Shown here: positions 59,305 through 64,000 of the stretch, one piece after another
Layout: every line of letters begins with the position of its first letter
Position numbering within the stretch: the first letter of the stretch is position 1
Virus record (IMG/VR): IMGVR_UViG_3300027917_001949
Coordinates: 1 to 64,000 of that record
DNA: 64,000 nt
Strand: one strand, 5' to 3'
Source: a virus
The notes under the pieces: generated by a model
Told to the model about the DNA's origin: nothing
The model's input: only the letters and a program-made list of their open reading frames with translations
Databases searched by the model: none
Translations under genes and position numbers: made by a program

Positions 59305-59458
59305 AGATGAAATTAAAGACATAGAACTCATGATTTGGGAAAGTGTTTGTAAGACATGTCGTAAGTATGGTGATTGTGAATGGGTATCACCGTGTCACAA
59401 GGTTGGGAACAAAGCGGAGGAAATTTATAACAATGTTAATCGAAGTAAAGTCAGGTGA
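59291..59458 (+). CDS. Small Cx2Cx5C protein (55 aa, not in ORF track)
   Basis: GAGGAG RBS; CKTCRKYGDCEWVSPC. Confidence 0.55.
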   Translation: MTQIKDEIKDIELMIWESVCKTCRKYGDCEWVSPCHKVGNKAEEIYNNVNRSKVR

Positions 59459-60029
59459 TGTTCTTGTTTGTGTTAATAATCGGAATGACCTATTCTCAAA
59501 AATTAAACGGTGGGCAATGGGTCCGTATGAGCATGTTGAATCGTACATAGGTAATGGGTTATATGGCATACCTTTACTTGTGGAGAGTGATAATCGAGGA
59601 GTCGTTCTTCAGAATATCGCACATCAAGACGGCAGACGAGTTATGGTTATGCGTCCGATACGCAATGTACGCAGGAAAGACCTCGTATCACAAGCGGTCA
59701 TTATTGCGAGTGATAGTAAATCAGATTACGATTGGACGGGTGGTTTAAAATTGGCTGCGTTCAGAGTCCTTCGGGAGAAGTTTGGAATCAAACGACCATT
59801 GCTTCGTGTGTATGAACGTGATAAGAAGATGATATGCAGTGAAGCGATTGCGGAACTATTTTGGAGAAGTGATATTCCTGTTCTACCAGATAATGTTGTA
59901 CCTATTCCAGCAGATTTTGCAGTTGATTCGGATTGGTTGAACTATGTTGGTGAAGGTAATATGACGTTGGTTACTGACAACGATGAGTCGTTAGATTTAT
60001 ATATAGAGGATGGGCAAGGAAATGAGTAA
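59433..60029 (+). CDS. Permuted papain-like NlpC/P60 (YiiX-like) enzyme
   Basis: GDVL, YEHV (His) precedes YDW...ICSE (Cys); GGAGG RBS. Confidence 0.75.
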   Translation: MLIEVKSGDVLVCVNNRNDLFSKIKRWAMGPYEHVESYIGNGLYGIPLLVESDNRGVVLQNIAHQDGRRVMVMRPIRNVRRKDLVSQAVIIASDSKSDYDWTGGLKLAAFRVLREKFGIKRPLLRVYERDKKMICSEAIAELFWRSDIPVLPDNVVPIPADFAVDSDWLNYVGEGNMTLVTDNDESLDLYIEDGQGNE

Positions 60030-60294
60030 AGTTGATGACCGTGTTCTTGATGAACTGCTAGAGCGATTGCAATATATAACATTAAGAATACCAGATTGGT
60101 TATACAATACTAAGTTGAGGTATTGTGATGACTGTCAGACTATGACTGTTCAGTATCAAGTTGAAAGGTTTGGGTACATGTTTAATGACCAGTATGTTGA
60201 CAAATACTGGGTGTGTCTGTTCTGTGGCACTAAATGGATACCCGATAACGACATTAGGCTTGAAGAACCGGAGAATCCTGGTGAATCGATTTAA
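60022..60294 (+). CDS. Zn-ribbon protein
   Basis: CDDC...CLFCG. Confidence 0.55.
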   Translation: MSKVDDRVLDELLERLQYITLRIPDWLYNTKLRYCDDCQTMTVQYQVERFGYMFNDQYVDKYWVCLFCGTKWIPDNDIRLEEPENPGESI

Positions 60295-60571
60295 ACGTTG
60301 GTTGATGAGATTCCTTATTCCGAAAGGGGTTTATTGTGATGGATGCCCGTTTTGGTTTAGAGATGGTGGTAGACCTGAGCAGGAGAACGGTTACTGTTCT
60401 TATCTTAAGAAAGGTGATTGGGATTTGAATGAGGATATGGCTGATGAGGATTTCATTGTAAGCACAATGGACGGTGACAAAGCCGTAACCTCTATAATTA
60501 AAGGTAGAGACTTCCCGTTCGGTATGGCACTGCTGTGGGATGGATGTAAAGAATGTGGGGTTAAGTGGTAG
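60281..60571 (+). CDS. Cys-rich hypothetical protein
   Basis: IPKGVYCDGCPFW, GYCSYL, LLWDGCKECG; start uncertain. Confidence 0.55.
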   Translation: MNRFKRWLMRFLIPKGVYCDGCPFWFRDGGRPEQENGYCSYLKKGDWDLNEDMADEDFIVSTMDGDKAVTSIIKGRDFPFGMALLWDGCKECGVKW

Positions 60572-60934
60572 ATGGAAGGTCAAATTTATACTCCGTGGAC
60601 GAACGAGCAAGTTGAGCTTTTGAATGTCTATCAGCGTATTGGGATATTACACCCGTTCACTTGTAATGAACATCATACATTAATAGCTACTAATGATGGT
60701 TGGATTTGTAGTCAATGTTCTGATTATCATCAAGATTGGGCATGGGAAGCAATGGTAACTATTGGAGGGAAAATGAAAGACCAAAATGGTAGAGAGATAA
60801 AAAGAGAATTTGCTCCGAGGAAAGCTGACCCAGATAGCAAGTACAAAGTTAAGGTGGTTCAGAAAGAATCGGATTATAATGTTGACGTAGACCCAGAGAC
60901 GAAAAGACCTATTGTCACGAAAAAAGAAAAATAA
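60572..60934 (+). CDS. Hypothetical protein with Zn-binding motif
   Basis: PW, HPFTC, WICSQC..QDW. Confidence 0.6.
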   Translation: MEGQIYTPWTNEQVELLNVYQRIGILHPFTCNEHHTLIATNDGWICSQCSDYHQDWAWEAMVTIGGKMKDQNGREIKREFAPRKADPDSKYKVKVVQKESDYNVDVDPETKRPIVTKKEK

Positions 60935-60978
60935 TTAAAAATTTTTCAAAAATAATTGAAAAAAAGCCTATTTAGGGC

Positions 60979-61007
60979 TTGACTTCGGGTGTTTTGTATG
61001 TTATAAT
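60979..61007 (+). promoter_or_regulatory. sigma70/sigmaA promoter for main tRNA cluster
   Basis: TTGACT-17-TATAAT with TG; A-tract UP element. Confidence 0.88.
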
Positions 61008-61108
61008 ATAATTAGAGAGTGAGAAAAGCTCTCAAATATGAGGTATTGTATGAAGAAGAAACATAGATTATGTCCGAATGTCGAATCAAATATACAAGTG
61101 CCTAGTAC

Positions 61109-61183
61109 GGGGACGTAGCTCAAAGGTTGAGCATCGGTCTGATATACCGAAGGTTGTAGGTTCAAGTCCTACCGTCCCTACCA
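61109..61183 (+). tRNA. tRNA-Ile(GAT)
   Basis: TCGGT-ctGATat-ACCGA; encoded CCA. Confidence 0.92.
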
Positions 61184-61202
61184 AAAAGGTGGGGATTTTT
61201 AT

Positions 61203-61289
61203 TGGGGCGTTTAATGGGTTCAGGGAAGCTAACAGTTAATACTTAGTTAAGACACTTCCGAGTAGGTTAGACTCCTGCCGCTTCAACCA
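61203..61289 (+). ncRNA. Mini tmRNA-like tRNA domain (G3.U70, no anticodon arm, no tag ORF)
   Basis: TGGGGCG/CGCTTCA-A-CCA; stemless D-loop with GG.TTC; GGAAG/CTTCC helix; T arm. Confidence 0.6.
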
Positions 61290-61291
61290 AT

Positions 61292-61365
61292 AGAGGTGTA
61301 GCTAACAGGGAAGCAAAGGTGTTACATACCTTGATATGCAGGTTCAAATCCTGTCACCTCTACCA
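61292..61365 (+). tRNA. tRNA-Val(TAC)
   Basis: AAGGT-gtTACat-ACCTT; encoded CCA. Confidence 0.9.
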
Positions 61366-61367
61366 AG

Positions 61368-61820
61368 ATGTATAATGTAGGTGATGTTGTATATACGACT
61401 CATGATTTAAGGTCTGGAGTGAAAGAGTTTACTCCTGGCATTATCATCGATAGGTATAAGAATACGATTGACGTAGCCTTTCATGAGTGTGTCGTATCTT
61501 ACTGTATCGCCGGTAACTTTAAGAAATGTGATAAAGATTGTACTAATTGTCCAGCTAGGTTTAAATGCTTTACTAGAGATTTAGACAGAGTACCACATCC
61601 AAGTATGGTCACATACATTAAATTAGTCGCAAGGTATCACAGCGCATGTTCGAAATGTGGTAAGCATCTCACAACTGGAAAAGAGATTTGGTGGTCTCCT
61701 GTGGTTAAGGGAGTATACTGTATGGATTGCGGTGTCCCTGAATTCGGTTTGAGAGACCTTGAGGAGATACCTGATTCTGAACAAGTTGATTATTCGAAAG
61801 CGTATCGGGTTAAAAAATAA
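61368..61820 (+). CDS. Cys-rich protein with CxxCxxRFxCxT motif
   Basis: CTNCPARFKCFT; CSKCG...CMDC. Confidence 0.65.
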   Translation: MYNVGDVVYTTHDLRSGVKEFTPGIIIDRYKNTIDVAFHECVVSYCIAGNFKKCDKDCTNCPARFKCFTRDLDRVPHPSMVTYIKLVARYHSACSKCGKHLTTGKEIWWSPVVKGVYCMDCGVPEFGLRDLEEIPDSEQVDYSKAYRVKK

Positions 61821-61825
61821 CCCAC

Positions 61826-62011
61826 GACTTGTCTATTTGACAAGTAAGTTATCTGGATTAATGTTCGTAAAATTTGGTCGATATTAGTAATATCATTTTG
61901 TTTTGCTAAGGATGTCCGAATTTTTCGCAAAAAGTAATCTGTGAGGAATAGTCCAGATTGTTGACACCCAGATAGCGTAAAGTCCTTCCGTGAGTCTTAT
62001 TCTAGACTCAC
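61826..62011 (+). ncRNA. Candidate structured non-coding RNA
   Basis: Several nested helices in a gap with no credible ORF. Confidence 0.4.
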
Positions 62012-62013
62012 AT

Positions 62014-62086
62014 GCTAGGGTAGCCAAATGGTTAAGGCACGTTCTCGGTAAGAACGGGATTGTCGGTTCGAATCCGTCCCCTAGCT
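62014..62086 (+). tRNA. tRNA-Thr(GGT)
   Basis: CGTTC-tcGGTaa-GAACG. Confidence 0.88.
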
Positions 62087-62089
62087 CAC

Positions 62090-62175
62090 GGAGTAGTGGC
62101 AGAGAGGTTTATTGCGAACGGTTGCTAACCGTTTGGGCTAACGTCCCACAGGTTCGAATCCTGTCTACTCCGCCA
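62090..62175 (+). tRNA. tRNA-Ser(GCT)
   Basis: AACGG-ttGCTaa-CCGTT; variable arm; G73; CCA. Confidence 0.92.
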
Positions 62176-62184
62176 AAATAGGAC

Positions 62185-62213
62185 TTGACAAATGATTGAA
62201 TTTGTGGTATAAT
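62185..62213 (+). promoter_or_regulatory. sigma70/sigmaA promoter
   Basis: TTGACA-17-TATAAT with TG. Confidence 0.85.
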
Positions 62214-62427
62214 GAGAGTAGCGATAACTGGAGAAGTGTCTCCAAGTCGGTGGGGAAAAATTTATCTTGAGTGCACTCCACTCTTGGATAAATGTCTTAC
62301 GTGTAGAATAAGGTTTAGATGTTATACACACAAGGAATTTGATAACTGTGGTGGGTATGTGCGAGGTCGGGATGATTGTTTGCAACCCAGAGAATTTATG
62401 GAGTTTATGAATAAGTCGAATGAATGA
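62212..62427 (+). CDS. Small protein with CxxCxxRFxCxT motif
   Basis: CLTCRIRFRCYT; ATG overlaps -10 box so start uncertain. Confidence 0.55.
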   Translation: MRVAITGEVSPSRWGKIYLECTPLLDKCLTCRIRFRCYTHKEFDNCGGYVRGRDDCLQPREFMEFMNKSNE

Positions 62428-62593
62428 AGTTGAAATTATATCCGAGATAAATAGAGTACAGGAAAAAATGGTATCCGCAACTGAAGAAGAGAAGGTTGTC
62501 CTTCAGGAAAAATTAGCGGTACTGATGCGTCAATTGCAACCAGTCGAGAGAAGCAGAGACCAGAAAGCGTTTCTCGATGAGTGTGCTGGTTAA
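62420..62593 (+). CDS. Small helical protein (57 aa, not in ORF track)
   Basis: MNEVEIISEINRVQEK...DECAG*. Confidence 0.5.
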   Translation: MNEVEIISEINRVQEKMVSATEEEKVVLQEKLAVLMRQLQPVERSRDQKAFLDECAG

Positions 62594-62599
62594 GAAGAA

Positions 62600-62677
62600 G
62601 GAAGTGTAGCTCAATTTGGTTAGAGTAGCGGTCTTTTAAACCGTTCGTTGAGAGTTCGAGTCTCTCCACTTCCACCA
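62600..62677 (+). tRNA. tRNA-Lys(TTT)
   Basis: GCGGT-ctTTTaa-ACCGT; CCA. Confidence 0.92.
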
Positions 62678-62678
62678 T

Positions 62679-62780
62679 GCAGGGGATAGTTTAACGGTAA
62701 AATAGCTGTAAAGTTGAAAGAGTTGACTTTATTATCCTAGATAAGGAGTAGCTGTCGGTTCGAGTCCGACTTCCCTGCCA
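62679..62780 (+). ncRNA. tRNA-like RNA with branched insert replacing the anticodon arm
   Basis: Normal acceptor, D and T arms; 50-nt two-hairpin interior. Confidence 0.6.
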
Positions 62781-62783
62781 CAT

Positions 62784-62860
62784 GAGGTCGTAGCTCAATT
62801 AGGCAGAGCACTGGTCTCTTAAACCAGTCGTTAAGGGTTCGATTCCCTTCGACCTCACCA
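62784..62860 (+). tRNA. tRNA-Lys(CTT)
   Basis: CTGGT-ctCTTaa-ACCAG; CCA. Confidence 0.92.
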
Positions 62861-62862
62861 AT

Positions 62863-62919
62863 GGGCTAGTGAGTTAATGGTAACGGTGCACAATATGGGT
62901 CCGATTCCCATCTAGTCCA
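62863..62919 (+). ncRNA. 57-nt anticodon-armless tRNA-Ala-like RNA
   Basis: GGGCTAG/CTAGTCC-A (G3.U70, A73); D and T arms; only 10 nt between them. Confidence 0.65.
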
Positions 62920-63018
62920 CATGGGCATCGATAGGACAATCCCTACGTTGTTCAATAGGCATAAGCAGTTCCTATTTTTACAGAAATGTCTTTTGTGTTT
63001 TACTGCTCGCCGATTAAT

Positions 63019-63092
63019 GGGGCTATAGTCTAATGGCAGGACACTACCCCCTCAAGGTAGCATTGTCGGTTCGAATCCGTCTAGCCCTACCA
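63019..63092 (+). tRNA. tRNA-Glu(CTC)
   Basis: CTACC-ccCTCaa-GGTAG; CCA. Confidence 0.88.
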
Positions 63093-63430
63093 TGAAAAAA
63101 GTAGAAACTTTTACGGCACGAATATACTTAGGACTCAAGGAAGGATATAATGGTCGTGTTCGTGGGTTTGATGAGGTTAGAAAGTGTCTGGAAGAGTATG
63201 TGAAGGTTAATCCCTTCTGCTTTACTCTTGAGCATACTATCTTTATCCACACGGATGGCACAGAACCTGGTGCAGTGATTGGGATTATTAACTATCCACG
63301 TTTCCCCAGAACTAGACCAGAGCTAAAGAAGATAGCTTTAAAAGTGGCAGAAGACCTGCGTGTGTTGTTCGTGCAAAACAGAGTATCTGTAGTGTTTACA
63401 GATGAAACGGTAATGCTTGGTGACGAGTAG
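63092..63430 (+). CDS. Hypothetical phage protein
   Basis: IY.GL.EGY, EPG, INYPRFP, QNRVSV. Confidence 0.65.
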   Translation: MKKVETFTARIYLGLKEGYNGRVRGFDEVRKCLEEYVKVNPFCFTLEHTIFIHTDGTEPGAVIGIINYPRFPRTRPELKKIALKVAEDLRVLFVQNRVSVVFTDETVMLGDE

Positions 63431-63673
63431 ATGCCGAACACTCGCTACTTGAAACTAATTTGTGTATCCTGTCACAAGCGTAAGAAGGATTGTACATGTC
63501 ACTCTCATTACGCAAAGTATCATGGTGCAAAATATGGGTATACGTGGTGTGTTGATGTTGGTGTTGGCGCATATTGTGATGAATGCGTAAATAGGTTTTA
63601 TTGTTTTACTCATCGAGGATGGTTTGGGACAGATTTACCAGACTATAAATCGTATTACGGAGTATTGAATTAG
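63431..63673 (+). CDS. Small protein with CxxCxxRFxCxT motif
   Basis: CDECVNRFYCFT. Confidence 0.6.
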   Translation: MPNTRYLKLICVSCHKRKKDCTCHSHYAKYHGAKYGYTWCVDVGVGAYCDECVNRFYCFTHRGWFGTDLPDYKSYYGVLN

Positions 63674-63768
63674 GGAGCGTAGCACAATTTGGCAGTGCAG
63701 CAGTCTTATAAGCTGTTTAGGGTCTGATACACCCGAGGTTACAGGTTCGAGTCCTGTCGCTCCTACCA
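63673..63768 (+). tRNA. tRNA-Ile with two tandem anticodon arms (TAT and GAT)
   Basis: GCAGT-ctTATaa-GCTGT, tt, aGGGT-ctGATac-ACCCg; normal acceptor, D, T arms and CCA. Confidence 0.8.
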
Positions 63769-63831
63769 ACAAACTCGTCACGCTTTTAATAATGTGGTCA
63801 TTACTTTAAGCGCAACCTGACGAGTGTTTAT

Positions 63832-63909
63832 CCCCCTGTAGCTCAATTGGATTTAGAGCACGACGCTACGAACGTCGGTTAGTTGCGGGTTCGAGTCCTG
63901 TCAGGGGGT
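63832..63909 (+). tRNA. tRNA-Arg(ACG)
   Basis: CGACG-ctACGaa-CGTCG. Confidence 0.9.
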
Positions 63910-63911
63910 CG

Positions 63912-64000
63912 ATGATTAAGAATTGGTGTAGAGGATACAGAGAGTATTCGAAAGAGATACCAATGTGTAAGTTCTACGGAACAACTGAACATCCAGATTT
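63912..64000 (+). CDS. Partial ORF running off window end
   Basis: MIKNWCRGYREYSKEIPMCKFYG... Confidence 0.35.
   Translation, partial: MIKNWCRGYREYSKEIPMCKFYGTTEHPD

Noticed and set aside
250-60610. Minus-strand ORFs in the track
   Set aside because: Antisense to well-supported + strand genes, with no recognisable motifs
61928-61945. GCA AAA AGT AAT CTG TGA as a separate tmRNA tag reading frame
   Set aside because: Too short, lacks the hydrophobic/AA C-terminus and the usual upstream resume context
61990-63261. ORFs 61990..62181 (+) and 62125..62385, 62436..62678, 63052..63261 (-)
   Set aside because: Shadow ORFs overlapping tRNA genes
1-64000. Genome-wide stop-codon recoding
   Set aside because: Long conserved genes are intact under code 11 and all three stops end genes
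1-64000. Archaeal virus (GGTGA-type RBS, short TS, Hjc-like nuclease)
   Set aside because: Six consensus sigma70 promoters, bS21, DnaB/DnaG and family A polymerase point to a bacterial host

Overview
A 64-kb slice of a large tailed bacteriophage genome (siphovirus-like Caudoviricetes, about 40% GC by eye). All credible genes are on the + strand. Order: PAPS/sulfation and glycosyltransferase genes (1-2.8 kb); head module (protease-like, scaffold, decoration, major capsid); beta-rich virion proteins; neck/tail module (tail tube, -1 frameshifting chaperone, tape measure, hub, fibres; to 38 kb); replication/nucleotide module (SSB, primase, DnaB, resolvase, thymidylate synthase, RNase HI, family A polymerase, dCMP deaminase, RecA, Cas4-like nuclease); then an accessory region with small Cys-rich ORFs, bS21 and tRNA clusters behind consensus sigma70/sigmaA promoters, which indicate a bacterial host. 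Terminase and portal were not recognised in the window. Most striking: (1) remodelled tRNA-like RNAs, including a tRNA-Ile with two tandem anticodon arms (UAU and GAU), a tmRNA-like tRNA domain with no mRNA part, and an anticodon-armless RNA with alanine identity elements; (2) APS kinase + sulfotransferase + two GT4 enzymes among virion genes whose products are enriched in Ser-Gly, suggesting a sulfated-glycan virion coat; (3) a C-x2-C-x2-[RK]-F-x-C-x-T micro-motif in six unrelated small ORFs, one interrupted by an in-frame TGA followed by a SECIS-like hairpin. All calls come from reading motifs by eye; no searches or folding programs were run.
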